Below are positions 32,398 through 43,123 of a DNA stretch of 64,000 nucleotides, one piece after another. The translations under genes were made by a program, and so were the position numbers. Each line of letters starts with the position of its first letter. Within the stretch, counting starts at the first letter, position 1. This stretch comes from an uncultured Gemmatimonadaceae bacterium. Lineage in GTDB: Bacteria > Gemmatimonadota > Gemmatimonadetes > Gemmatimonadales > Gemmatimonadaceae. Location of the stretch: assembly GCA_963822945.1 (NCBI GenBank), contig CAWGJO010000022.1:27891-91890 (forward strand), given 5' to 3'. The notes under the pieces are model-generated. The model was not told the origin of the DNA. It saw nothing but the letters and a program-made list of their open reading frames with translations, and ran no database searches.

Positions 32398-33669
32398 TCA
32401 GTGGCCTCCCGAGCCGCGCTCGGCGAAGATCTGCACCAGATGGACCAGCGTCTCCGACGTCTTCTCGAGTCCGCGGCGCGAATTGAATTCCTGCTTGCCG
32501 TGGAAGTTGAATCCGCCGGTGAAGATGTTGGGGCAGGGGAGCCCCCGGAACGTGAGCCGCGACCCGTCGGTGCCGCCGCGGATGGGCTCGTTGAACGGCT
32601 TGAGCCCGGCGCGCCGTGCGGCCTCCATCGCGTTCTCGACGAGCTGCGGATGATCCTTCAGCACTTCCTTCATGTTCATGTAGTTGTCCTTCACCTCCAT
32701 GCGCACCGTGACGCCGGGGTACGCCCGCTCCGTCTCGGCGGCGAGGTCACGCAGGAGCCGCTCCTTGGCCTCGAGGCCGGGCATTTCGAAATCGCGGAGC
32801 AGCACCTTGAGGCTCGATTCCTCCACGTCGGCGCTCCCCAGATACGGATGCACGAACCCTATGCGGCCCTCGGTGGTCTCGGGGAGCATGTCCCCGGGCA
32901 TGCCGCCCAGGAAGTGCGCGAACGCGTAGATGGAATTCACCATCACGCCCTTGGCGGTACCGGGGTGCACGCTCTTGCCCTTGAACGTGAGCGTGGCGAG
33001 GCGCGCGCTCCACGTCTCGTCGCTGATGCCGCCGAGTTCGCCGCCGTCCACGGTGTACGCGAAGCGGGCGCCGAACTCGTCGACGTCGAACTTCTCGATG
33101 CCGCTGCCGATCTCCTCATCGGCGGTGAACGCCACGGCGATCGGGCCGTGGGGGAGCTTCGGATTACGCACGAGCGTGTCGACGAGCGTCATGATCGCCG
33201 CCACCCCCGCCTTGTCGTCGGAGCCGAGCAGCGTGGTGCCGTCGGTGGTGATGAGGTCGTCACCGATCATCGACTTCAGTACGGGATTCTGCGCGACGGT
33301 GATGACCTGGGACGGATCGCCGGGCAGCGTGACGTCGCCGCCCTGGTAGTTGGCATGGATCACCGGTTGCACGTTCGCGCCGGTGACGGCCGGCGAGGTG
33401 TCGACGTGGGCGATGAATCCGATCGTCGGCACGTCGCTCGATTCCGGGACGTTCCCCGGAATCGAGGCGTACACCATGCAGTGCTCGCTGGTGCGGACGT
33501 TCGAGGCGCCGAGTTGCTTCAACTCGTCGGCCAGCATCCGGGCGAGCGTCCACTGCTTCTCGGTGCTGGGGGTGGTGGACGCGCCTTCCTGCGACTGCGT
33601 ATCGATCTTCACGTAGCGCAGAAAGCGGTCCACCACCGATTCGCGCGGCGGGGTCAGTGATGGGCTCAT
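32398..33669 (-). CDS. pepT: Peptidase T (tripeptide aminopeptidase)
   Basis: RFLRYVKIDTQS, AHVDTS, TDGTTLLGSDDKAG, DEEIG, HPGTAKG and IRGGTDG..PNIFTGG. Confidence 0.95.
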   Translation of the reverse strand: MSPSLTPPRESVVDRFLRYVKIDTQSQEGASTTPSTEKQWTLARMLADELKQLGASNVRTSEHCMVYASIPGNVPESSDVPTIGFIAHVDTSPAVTGANVQPVIHANYQGGDVTLPGDPSQVITVAQNPVLKSMIGDDLITTDGTTLLGSDDKAGVAAIMTLVDTLVRNPKLPHGPIAVAFTADEEIGSGIEKFDVDEFGARFAYTVDGGELGGISDETWSARLATLTFKGKSVHPGTAKGVMVNSIYAFAHFLGGMPGDMLPETTEGRIGFVHPYLGSADVEESSLKVLLRDFEMPGLEAKERLLRDLAAETERAYPGVTVRMEVKDNYMNMKEVLKDHPQLVENAMEAARRAGLKPFNEPIRGGTDGSRLTFRGLPCPNIFTGGFNFHGKQEFNSRRGLEKTSETLVHLVQIFAERGSGGH

Positions 33670-36600
33670 CGGGCAGGGAGGGTGACGGTGGAGAGTCCGG
33701 CCGCCTTGCGCTTGGCGTTGAAGGCGGCGAGTCCGGCGGTCTTGAGCCGCGTCCATCGTGCCATCACGGCGCTCGACTGTGCGGCGGCGCTCGTGCACGC
33801 CGAAACCTGGTCAGCGGTCGGTGTGGCGTCGGCCGCCTGCATCGCCATCGCCGCCGACATCAGGGCGGCCTGCGTGCTCTCGAGCGACGGTGGTCCGGCC
33901 GGAGCGCCGCCGCGCCCGAACCCGAATCCGCCGAAGCCGCGTCCCCGCCCGCCGGCCCGCGGCGCGGGCGCGAGCGCTTCCACCTCCTTCTTGAACGCGT
34001 CCACGTCCGTCCCCTGGAGCTTGTCGAGCGCGGACACCAGAGCGCGCGCCTGCTCGTACGCGGCGTGCGTGCGGACCGCGCCGTCGTACATCCGGCGGGT
34101 GAGCGTGGCGAGCTGCGCCAGGCCGGCCGCCGGCGTCTTCACGCGCGGGTCGAGCTTGAGCGTCAGCGGCTGCGAGTACGAGCGGCCATTGGCCGTGAGG
34201 CGCACGGTGTAGCGGCCGGGCGGCGCCCACGGGGCGTTCACCGACGGATAGGTGCGGTGCGGCACGGCGCCGGTGGCGCCCCCCTCGCCGCGCGGTCCGC
34301 GGGCCTCGCCGATGGGATCGTAGTGCAGGTCCCAACTGAACCGGTGCATGCCCGCCTTCGTAGACACGGCCATCTGCGGCGCCGCCCAGTAGAGCGGAAC
34401 CGAACAGTCGGGGGCGCCGGGGTTCGACTGACACACTTTGTTGTACGCCGCGGGGTTGACCGCCGGGTCCGGATCGAGCACCGGATCGGTGCTCGATAGG
34501 TGCGCACCACCTTGCCGCTCGCGTCGAGAATGTCGAGCGTCACCGGACCCGACACGTCGTGGGCGAGGTAGTAGTCGATGATCCCGCCCGGCGGCGGGTT
34601 CTCGCCGGCCGGCACTTCCGGCGGCCAGGGGGTGGGATCGTTGGTGCCGAAGCGCACGCGGAGCGCGGTCTCGGGCTTGAACAGATAGGCGTCCTTCGCG
34701 GCCTGGGCGGCCGCCATCTGCCGCAGCGGCGTGATGTCGTCCAGGATCCAGAAGCCGCGCCCGTGCGTGCCCGCCACGAGGTCGGCGCACTGGCAGGTGG
34801 CGTCGTCCTTGACGGTGATGTCGCGGACGGAGACGGCGGGCATGTCGAGGCGCAGCGAGTGCCAGTGGTCGCCGTCGTCGAACGAGACCCACACCTGCGT
34901 CTCGGTGGCCGCGTACAGCACGCCCTTCACCCGCGGGTCTTCCCGGATCGAGTTGGCCACGGCGCCGGGCGCCATGCCGTTGTCGATCTCCGTCCACGTC
35001 TTGCCGCCGTCGTGCGTGCGGAAGAAGTGCGGGTTCATGTCGTCGAGCCGCATGGTGTTGGCGGCCACGTACGCCGTCTTCGTGTCGAAGTGGCCGGCGT
35101 CCATGTTGAAGATGCGCGTCCACGGTTTGATGGCGCCCGGGGTGACGTTGCTCCAGTGCTTGCCGCCGTCCCAGGTGACCTGCACGTTGCCGTCGTCGGT
35201 GCCGGCCCAGATCACGTTCACGTCGCGGGGCGAGGGGGAGAGCGCGGTGATGACGCCGAGCGGTGCCACCTGCACCTCGCTCGCGTACTTGCCGGCGTTG
35301 GCGGGCACGGCCCAATGCTGCCGCGCGAGGTCGGGGCTGATGCGCGTCCAACTGTGTGCGTGGTCGGTGGTCTTCCACACGGCGTTGGAGGTATAGAACA
35401 ACATGTTGGAATCGACCGGCGACCAGATGAGCGGCATGGTGCGGACATCGCGGTTGTACGGGCCGCCGCGCGGTCCCATGTCGGGGCCGACGTTCCGCGT
35501 CTGCCCGGTGCGCCGGTTGTAGAGCGACACGTTGTTGCGGCTGCCGCCGTACACCATGTCCGGGTCGCGCGGATCGGGCGCCGCGATGCCGTACTCCTGG
35601 ATGTTCACCGGGTGCCAGTCGTGGAAGGTGATCTCACCGTCCATCGAGCGGCTGTCCACGCACGCCGAGCCCGAGTCCTGCTGGCCGCCGCACACGCGGT
35701 ACGGGAAGGCGTTGTCGGTGGTCACGTGATACATGGCGGCCGTGGGCTGCGTGTACCAGTTGCTCCACGATTCCCCGCGGTTGGCGGACGACCACGCCGC
35801 CCTGGTCGGCCACGGCGAGGATGATGTTCGAATGGTTGGGGTTGATCCAGACCTTCTGGTAGTCGTCGCCGCCCGGGGCGCCGCGCACGGCGGTCCAGGT
35901 GAGCCCGCCGTCCTCGGTGCGCCACATGACGGTCGAGGCGCTGTAGACCACGTTCGGGTTCTTGGGGTCGACGGTGATCGTCGGCAGGTCGCCGCCGCCG
36001 ATGCGGGCCAGCGGACGCGGGTCGGGGGCGCTGCGGGCGCGCACCCGCTGCGACGCTCGGATCGTCGATCGCCAGGTGCCAGTGCGCGCCCGCGTCGTTG
36101 GAGCGATAGAAGCCGACCACGCCGGTGGTGCTGTTGCCGCGGCCGCCGCGTCCGCCCTCGCCGGCGCCCGCCGCCATGGCGTAGATGATGTTGGGATTGC
36201 TGGGCGCGATGGCGAGGTTGGCCTGGATCACCGAGGGAAGGCCGTCGGTGAGCTGCGTCCAGGTGTTGCCGCCGTCGGTGGACTTGAACACGCCGTTGCC
36301 GGCGCCGCCGAACGCGCCGTTCTCATAGAAGCCCTGTTGCTGCTGCCAGAGCGTGGCGTAGACGGTGTTGGGGTCCTTGGGGTCGATGCGGACGTCGTTG
36401 CCGCTCGTGTATTCGTCCTTGTACAACACCTTCTGGAACGTCTTCCCGCCGTCGGTGGAGCGGAAAATGCCGCGCTCCTCGTTGGGACCGTACGGATGGC
36501 CGAGCGCGGCGACGAACAGCCGCTCCGGGTTGGTCGGATCGACGGCGATCTGGGCGATCATCTGCGTGTTGCGGAGTCCCAGATGCGTCCACGTCCTGCC

Positions 36601-36984
36601 GGCGTCGGTGGACTTGTACATCCCGTCGCCGGTGGAGAGATCGGGGCGGATGATCCCGGCGCCCGAGCCCACATAGATGATGCTCGGATCGGACGGCGCC
36701 ACGCCGATGGCGCCGATCGACCCCGTGGGTTCCTCATCGAAGATCGGGTGCCAGGTGGAACCGTAGTCGGTGGTGCGCCACACGCCGCCGTTGTCGTAGC
36801 CGATGTAGAACACGTTCGGCTCGCTCGGCACCCCGTCCAGGGCGCGCGCGCGGCCGGCACGCGTGGGACCGATCTCGCGCCAGTGCATTTCGGAGTAGAA
36901 CGACGGGGACTGCGCGGCGGCGACCGACGCGGACGCGGCCAGCGCTACCAGAACGAGCGAGCGACGGAGCAGGGAAGTGCGCAC
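33666..36984 (-). CDS. Secreted VPS10/BNR(Asp-box)-repeat glycosyl-hydrolase-like protein, frameshifts near 34497, 35788 and 36050-36070
   Basis: WREIGPTRAGR, repeated SxDGGxTW boxes, YRVCGGQQDSG and GTHGRGFWILDD. Confidence 0.85.
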
Positions 36985-37276
36985 GGAATCCAACCTCGTG
37001 AAGTGGCGCGTGACGGTTCCGGGGAGACGGAGACCGGATGGGAATGCAGAGAGTATGGCGGCGGGGCGCGGCGCTGGCCAGTCGCGACGCGGAAAATGTT
37101 CGCGCCCCGCCCCGCCCGCCCACCCTCGGGTTCCGTCCGTCATCGAATCGTCATCCGCCGTTCAGCGGAACTTCACGGGGCGTTCAGCATCACCTCATCG
37201 CGCGGTCATCGTTCCTCCATGCAACGCGCCGCCGGTTGTCCCATCGTGCAGATGCGGCACTCACACGGGAGGCAAC

Positions 37277-37984
37277 ATGCTGGGCACACTCATCGAAACG
37301 CGGGGATCGCGCCCACGGCGGTTGGGCGGCACGCTGATCAGCATCGCGCTGCACACCGGCATCATCGGACTCGTGGTGGCCATCACGGCGCGCGCCACGC
37401 CGCGTCCCCGGCCGGTGGCGCCGGCGGCGACGCCGCTGGTGTACGTGGCGCCGGGGCCGATCGCGCCCGCACCGGCCCCGCGGCGGGCGCCGCCGTCGCC
37501 GGTGGCGGCGGTACCGACCCCGACAACCCTCGTCATCCCGCCGATCCGGATTCCGAACGCGTTGCCGCCCATCGACCCGCACACCATCGCGACCGATCCG
37601 AATTGGTACGATACGCGTTCGTCGGCGCCGCCGGTCCATTTCGCCGGCAATGGCGGTGGCATGTCGTCGGGACCCGAACACGGCGCGTGGGACGCGTCGG
37701 CGGTGGACCGCGCCGTGGTGCCGAGTCGCGGCAACCCGCTGCCGCAATATCCGGAAACGATGCGCGCCGCCCATCTCGAAGGGCAGGTGGATGTGCGCTT
37801 CATCGTCGATACCACGGGGCGCGCCGAGCCCGGGTCGATTCACGTGATCGCGGCCACGCACGCGCTGTTCGCCGACGCCGTGCGGAACGTGCTGCTCCGG
37901 TCGCGCTACCAGCCCGCCGAAGCCCACGGGCGGCGCGTGCGCCAGGTGGTGGAACAGCGGTTCGAGTTCGCGCTCAGGCGGTAA
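37277..37984 (+). CDS. TonB family energy transducer
   Basis: GGAGG RBS; TM with SIALH, Pro-rich linker and PQYPE..GQVDVRFIVDTTG TonB_C domain. Confidence 0.88.
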   Translation: MLGTLIETRGSRPRRLGGTLISIALHTGIIGLVVAITARATPRPRPVAPAATPLVYVAPGPIAPAPAPRRAPPSPVAAVPTPTTLVIPPIRIPNALPPIDPHTIATDPNWYDTRSSAPPVHFAGNGGGMSSGPEHGAWDASAVDRAVVPSRGNPLPQYPETMRAAHLEGQVDVRFIVDTTGRAEPGSIHVIAATHALFADAVRNVLLRSRYQPAEAHGRRVRQVVEQRFEFALRR

Positions 37985-38008
37985 CGGCCGGTGCCCGCGG
38001 TGCCCGAG

Positions 38009-38746
38009 TCAGCGGGGCACCGCGGGTTCGCCGATCGGATGCCGTTCGGGATCCCAGTCGAGCACGGCGCGCTCCACGCCCCGCATGTGCTTCCGCATCC
38101 GGTCCACGGCGAGCGGCTCGTCGCGGTGCTCGATCGCCTCGAGGATGGACACGTGCTCGTCGTGATCGCGCGCCCGTGAGCCGCCGATGCCCAGCACCAT
38201 CTGCTGTTCGCGCGGGAACAGGTCGTGGAGCACGGCGAGGAGTTGGGCCAGCACACGGTTGCCCGACGCCAGCGCGATCAGCCGGTGAAACGCGAGGTTC
38301 GATGTCCGCAGCGTCTCGCGGTTGGAGACGTCCTGGCCGGCCGCCTCGAGAATGCGTCGCATCTCCGTCAGCTGCTCTGGAGAGGCGTTGCGCACCGCGT
38401 CGCCGACGGCCACGAGTTCCAGCGGCAGCCGCGTGCGCACCAGATCGAGCAGCAGCTTCTTGGTGACCGTCTCGGTGTAGTCCGGCGCTGCGACGAGCAG
38501 CACTTCGTCGTCGCGCGAGACGTAAACCCCCGATCCGTGCCGGATCTCGACGATGCCCATCGTCTGGAGACGCTTGAGCGCTTCCCGGATCGTGGGGTGG
38601 CCGACCCCGAACTGCCGCGCCATCTCCATGATGGCCGGAAGGCGGTCGCCGCGGGCGTAGTGCTCGTTCCGGATCAGCTCCCGGATGCGCAGGGCCAGCC
38701 GATCGGCGAGACTCTGCTTGGCCATGGGTTCGAAGATGTCGCTCAT
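38009..38746 (-). CDS. FadR/GntR family transcriptional regulator
   Basis: GDRLP..EMARQFGVGHPTIREALKRL..G..EIRHGSG; FCD domain (AFH..ASGN, EH). Confidence 0.92.
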   Translation of the reverse strand: MSDIFEPMAKQSLADRLALRIRELIRNEHYARGDRLPAIMEMARQFGVGHPTIREALKRLQTMGIVEIRHGSGVYVSRDDEVLLVAAPDYTETVTKKLLLDLVRTRLPLELVAVGDAVRNASPEQLTEMRRILEAAGQDVSNRETLRTSNLAFHRLIALASGNRVLAQLLAVLHDLFPREQQMVLGIGGSRARDHDEHVSILEAIEHRDEPLAVDRMRKHMRGVERAVLDWDPERHPIGEPAVPR

Positions 38747-40320
38747 CGGACCGTTCTCCCGAGGTTCTCGTCCGGGTCAATTCTACTGGGTGACGCGGCA
38801 GTCTGCATGTACGCGTTGCGGAATCGGGCAAAGAGGGGGTCGTAGAGGGCGCGCGCCCGCGGATCGGGTGGCTGCGGGGCATTCCGCACCACGGTGGCCC
38901 GTACGGCGGCCTCGAGGTCGGGGAAGGCTCCGGCGCCGATCCCGGCGAGGAGGGCCGCCCCGTAGGCCGAGCCCTCCTCGCGATTGACCGTGCGCACCGG
39001 CAGGCCGAACACGTCGGCCTGGATCTGCCGGAGAAGCGCATGTTGCGCGCCGCCGCCGGTGAGCAGCATCTCGGTGACCGGGAGTTGCAGCTCGCGGAGG
39101 ATCTCCACCGAGTCCCGCAGGGCGAAGGCGACGCCCTCCAGCACGGCCCGCGTCACGTGAGCGCGGGTGTGGGCAAGGCTGAGTCCCAGCAGGGCGCCGC
39201 GGAGGGCGGCATCCCGGTGCGGTGTGCGCTCCCCCTGCAGGTAGGGCAGGAAGGTGACCCCCTCGGCGCCGGGGGCAACGGTCGCTGCCTCCTGGCGCAG
39301 GGCCTGGTTCGCCTGCGCCGGGTCCGCGTACTCGCGGGCGAACTGATCGCGGTACCAGGCGAACGCGCTCCCGGCCGACAGCACCACCCCGATCAGGTAC
39401 CAGCGGCCGGGCGCCACGTGGCAGAACGTGTGCGCGCGCATCCGCGGATCGACCCGCGGTTCCGACATCGGGGCGAGCACGGTGCCCGAGGTACCCCAAC
39501 TCGCCACGGTCCGCCCCGGGGCAACCGCGCCAACGCCGGCAGCGCCGCAGGCGTTGTCCCCGCCCCCGCCCACCACCGGCGTGCCGGCAGCAAGCCCGGT
39601 GAACGCCGCCGCGTCGTCGGTCACCCGCCCCAGGATCTCGGCCGACTCTCCGAGGTCGGGCAACAGCGAGGACGGCAGGTCCACGGCTTCCAGCATCTCC
39701 CGGCTCCACCGGCGGCGCGCCGTGTCGAACATGAGCGTGCCGGAGGCGTCGGACGGCTCGCTGGCCAGCGCCCCGGTGAGCCGGTATCGCACGTAGTCCT
39801 TGGCCAACAGCACCTTGGCCAGCCGCGCGAACGCCTGCGGCTCGTGGCGCCGCAGCCAGAGCACCTTGGGCAGGGTGAATCCTTCGAGCGCGGGATTGCA
39901 GACCAGGTCGCGCAGACGATCCTCACCGCCGGCGCGCTCGGTGATCTCCCGGCACTCGGCCGTTGTGCGGCCGTCGCACCAGAGCAGGGCGGGCCGGATG
40001 ACCTCGCCGCGGGCGTCGAGAAATACGGACGAATGCATCTGGCCCGAGATGCCGACCGCGACGACGGACGCGCCGGGAACGCGGCCGAGCGCCGTGCGCA
40101 CCGCCTCGCCCACGGCATGCCACCATGCCGCCGGCTCCTGCTCGGCCCACCCGGGATGGGGCGTGGACATCGCGAGCGGAACGGTCGCCGAGCCGGCCAC
40201 GTCGCCTGGCGGACGCACGAGCAGCGCCTTCACGCCGCTCGTCCCGACGTCGAGTCCGAGGAACACCGGGTCGGACGTGGCGGGATTCCGTGTCCGTTCG
40301 TTCGGCACTCTGCGGGTCAT
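38743..40320 (-). CDS. xylB: Xylulokinase (FGGY carbohydrate kinase)
   Basis: LGLDVGTSGVK, SGQMH, LWCDGR, EPSDASGT, GGGDNA, GTSG and LPYLQGERTP. Confidence 0.85.
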   Translation of the reverse strand: MTRRVPNERTRNPATSDPVFLGLDVGTSGVKALLVRPPGDVAGSATVPLAMSTPHPGWAEQEPAAWWHAVGEAVRTALGRVPGASVVAVGISGQMHSSVFLDARGEVIRPALLWCDGRTTAECREITERAGGEDRLRDLVCNPALEGFTLPKVLWLRRHEPQAFARLAKVLLAKDYVRYRLTGALASEPSDASGTLMFDTARRRWSREMLEAVDLPSSLLPDLGESAEILGRVTDDAAAFTGLAAGTPVVGGGGDNACGAAGVGAVAPGRTVASWGTSGTVLAPMSEPRVDPRMRAHTFCHVAPGRWYLIGVVLSAGSAFAWYRDQFAREYADPAQANQALRQEAATVAPGAEGVTFLPYLQGERTPHRDAALRGALLGLSLAHTRAHVTRAVLEGVAFALRDSVEILRELQLPVTEMLLTGGGAQHALLRQIQADVFGLPVRTVNREEGSAYGAALLAGIGAGAFPDLEAAVRATVVRNAPQPPDPRARALYDPLFARFRNAYMQTAASPSRIDPDENLGRTVR

Positions 40321-41759
40321 AGATACGGTTGCGCGAGCCAGACCAGGCCGTCACGCACCTTGACGGGGAAGGGGCGACGGCGGTGGTCCACGCTCGTGAA
40401 CGAGCGGGCGGCGTCGCGCTTGGCATCGATCATCGTGTCGAGGCGGGACGCCAACTCCGGCGAGTAGCACTCCACCGCGTACTCGAAGTTGAGCCGCAGG
40501 CTCCGCGGATCCCAGTTGGTCGAGCCGACCAGCGCCCATTCCCCGTCCACGGTGAACAGCTTGGAGTGGTCGAACGGTGGCGGCGAGAGAAACACCTGGC
40601 ATCCGCCGCGCAGCACCTGGCCGAGCTGCGCCGTCTGCGCCCACTGCACCGTGCGGAGATTGCCCCGCGAGGGCAGGATGATCTCCACCGCCACGCCGCG
40701 CAGAGCGGCCACCTTGAGCGCGTCGATGATCGGAGGATCGGGCAGGAAATAGGGCGTCACGATGCGAATGCGCTGCCGGGCCTGCGCGATCGCGCCGAGA
40801 AACGCGAAGATCAGCGCTTCGAAATCCTCGTCGGGCCCGTCGGGGATGCCGCGTGCCAGCATGGGTCCGGCGGCATCGAGCGGCGGGAACCAGGCTTCGG
40901 CTTCGAGGCGCTCGCGGGCCGCGAACTTCCAGTCGAAGGCAAAGGCGCTCATGAACTGTCGCACCACCGGCCCCCGGAACCGAAAGTGCACGTCCTGCGT
41001 GGCGTGCTTCGGCTCGAGCGACAGCATGCAGGCATCGCGGATGTTCAATCCGCCGCAGAAGCCGATGACGCCGTCCACGATCATCAGCTTGCGGTGGTTT
41101 CGCAGGTTGAAATACGGATGCGAGAAGGGGAACGCCGAGGGCAGAAACTCCGCCACGCGCACGCCGCTCCGTCGCAGCGAGGCCATGATCGGCGGCCGGC
41201 TGTAGCGCGCGCCCACGCCGTCGATCAGCACACGTACTTCGACGCCGCGGGTGACGGCGCGAGCCAATGCGTCCACGAACCGGTCGGCCACGGCACCCCG
41301 GTCGAAGATGTAGGTGGCGAGCGCGACCGTGTGGCGCGCACCGTCGATGGCATCGAGCATCGCCGGATAGCCCTCGTCGCCGCCCACCAGTGGTTCCACG
41401 GAGTTGCCGGGTGTGAGCGGCGCGCCGGTGACGCGCCCTATGAGATTGGCCAGCGGCCGAAGCGTGGTGGGGATCATTTCCGGCGTTGCGCCGGTGAGTG
41501 GGAGCGCGTGGCTTCCGGTCGGGGTCATCCCGGAGCCCACGCGGTCGCGGCGCAACTCGCCGGCCCGGCGCCGGATTCGGTTCACGCCCAGGAAGACGTA
41601 CATCGCCGAGCCGATCACCGGCGTGAGCCAGACGAGTCCGATCCACCCGATCGCGGCGCGGGGATCGTGCTTGGTGAGGACGATGTGCGTGGAGACGCCG
41701 ATCGCCAGCACGATGTGAACGACGCCGATGAGCAGCTGGAGCGATCCGGGGGACAGCAT
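40317..41759 (-). CDS. cls: Cardiolipin synthase
   Basis: Two N-terminal TM helices; two HKD motifs (RNHRKLMIVDG, HSKLFTVDG) and GSTNWDPRSLRLNFE. Confidence 0.92.
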   Translation of the reverse strand: MLSPGSLQLLIGVVHIVLAIGVSTHIVLTKHDPRAAIGWIGLVWLTPVIGSAMYVFLGVNRIRRRAGELRRDRVGSGMTPTGSHALPLTGATPEMIPTTLRPLANLIGRVTGAPLTPGNSVEPLVGGDEGYPAMLDAIDGARHTVALATYIFDRGAVADRFVDALARAVTRGVEVRVLIDGVGARYSRPPIMASLRRSGVRVAEFLPSAFPFSHPYFNLRNHRKLMIVDGVIGFCGGLNIRDACMLSLEPKHATQDVHFRFRGPVVRQFMSAFAFDWKFAARERLEAEAWFPPLDAAGPMLARGIPDGPDEDFEALIFAFLGAIAQARQRIRIVTPYFLPDPPIIDALKVAALRGVAVEIILPSRGNLRTVQWAQTAQLGQVLRGGCQVFLSPPPFDHSKLFTVDGEWALVGSTNWDPRSLRLNFEYAVECYSPELASRLDTMIDAKRDAARSFTSVDHRRRPFPVKVRDGLVWLAQPYL

Positions 41760-41895
41760 GGGGAGATGATACTGTAGATTGCGTGGACGGGCGAGATGGA
41801 CGGCCCGACCCACGGCGGAACGACGAGTTCGGTGTGGTCGGTCAACGGTGATCAGTCGTCCGTGCCCGTTTCCACCCGTTCGCTCCCCGATCTCC

Positions 41896-42270
41896 ATGCG
41901 CCCCCGCGTCTCCGTGTCCTTCCTTCGTGCACTCGCGCTCCGCTGCCCGCGGTGCGGCGGCCGTTCCATCCTGAAGGACTGGCTGCATCTGCGCGCCGAG
42001 TGTCCCACCTGCGCGCTGGCGCTCGAGCGCGGCGAGACCGAGGACTACTGGTACGGCGGCTTCATGTTCAACATCATCGCCGCCGAGCTGCTGAGCATGG
42101 GGACGGTCGTGGTGATCATCGTCGCCACCTTTCCCGACGTGCCATGGACCGTGCTGGAGTTTCTGGCGCCGGCGCTCGCCGTCGCGGCGCCCGTTCTGGC
42201 GTTCCCGTTCACGCGCTGCCTCTGGCTGGCCTGGGATCTGTCGTTTCGACCCACCGAGCCGGGGGACTGA
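41896..42270 (+). CDS. DUF983 domain protein
   Basis: RCPRCG...CPTC zinc-ribbon-like motif followed by two TM helices. Confidence 0.8.
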   Translation: MRPRVSVSFLRALALRCPRCGGRSILKDWLHLRAECPTCALALERGETEDYWYGGFMFNIIAAELLSMGTVVVIIVATFPDVPWTVLEFLAPALAVAAPVLAFPFTRCLWLAWDLSFRPTEPGD

Positions 42271-42473
42271 AGCAGAAGAGAATCCAGGGCGCCCTCGCAG
42301 CCTGGAGTTCGCGGCCGAGTGTCGGCGCCCGCCCCGCGCGCCGCTCTGCCGCCAAACCCCTACACAGTCTCGGGTCCCTGCCGACAGAGGTGCGACGCGG
42401 GTGCCGGCATCTTCCAATCCACCGGCGGGCGTTGCCGCCCGTCGCACTCGGCCCCACGGGGCGGGAGGTGCTC

Positions 42474-43091
42474 ATGCTGAAGCTTCGCAACATCATGACG
42501 ACCGACGTCGTTTCCGTCACTCCGCTCACCACGCTGCGTGACGCCATGGAGTTGCTGTCGCGTCAGCACGTGACCGGGGCGCCCGTTCTGGCGGGCGAGC
42601 GCGTCGTGGGGGTCGTGTCGGCGGCCGACCTCATCGGGTTTGCCGCGTCCGAGCCGGGCGTACCGCGCGAGCGAGAGGACGCGGAAGACACGGAGTGGCG
42701 CGACTGGAGCGAGCTGCCGCTGCCCGACCGCAGCGACGAGGAGAACGGGCCTTCCGGCGAGTTCTTCACCGATCTGTGGGAGGACGCGGGCGCCGAGGTC
42801 ACCCAGCGCATGGAGAGCGTGGACGGACCGGAGTGGAATACCCTGGAGGAACACGAGGTCCGCGAGGTGATGACGCGTCGCCTGTGGGCGCTGCGGCCGG
42901 ACGACTCGGTGGAACAGGCCGCCGAGTTGATGAGCCGGGCCGGCATCCACCGTGTGCTGGTGGTCGAGGATGAGAAGCTGGTCGGGATCGTCACGGTCAC
43001 CGACATCGCGCGGGCGGTGGCCGAGCGCAAGGTGAGTGGAAGGACCTACGTGTTCAATCGCGACCGGGAGTTCCGCGAGCCCTGGTCCTGA
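42474..43091 (+). CDS. CBS-pair protein with acidic insertion
   Basis: IMTTDVVSV..GAPV..VGVVSAADL and VMTRR..IHRVLV..LVGIVTVTDI; GGAGG RBS. Confidence 0.9.
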   Translation: MLKLRNIMTTDVVSVTPLTTLRDAMELLSRQHVTGAPVLAGERVVGVVSAADLIGFAASEPGVPREREDAEDTEWRDWSELPLPDRSDEENGPSGEFFTDLWEDAGAEVTQRMESVDGPEWNTLEEHEVREVMTRRLWALRPDDSVEQAAELMSRAGIHRVLVVEDEKLVGIVTVTDIARAVAERKVSGRTYVFNRDREFREPWS

Positions 43092-43123
43092 GACACGGCC
43101 GCCTTCGGGCGGAGGAGGGACCC

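Noticed and set aside
43099..43112. C(UUCG)G hairpin next to the USP ribosome-binding site, as a possible thermosensor
   Set aside because: 5-bp stem leaves AGGAGG unpaired; no evidence of regulation.
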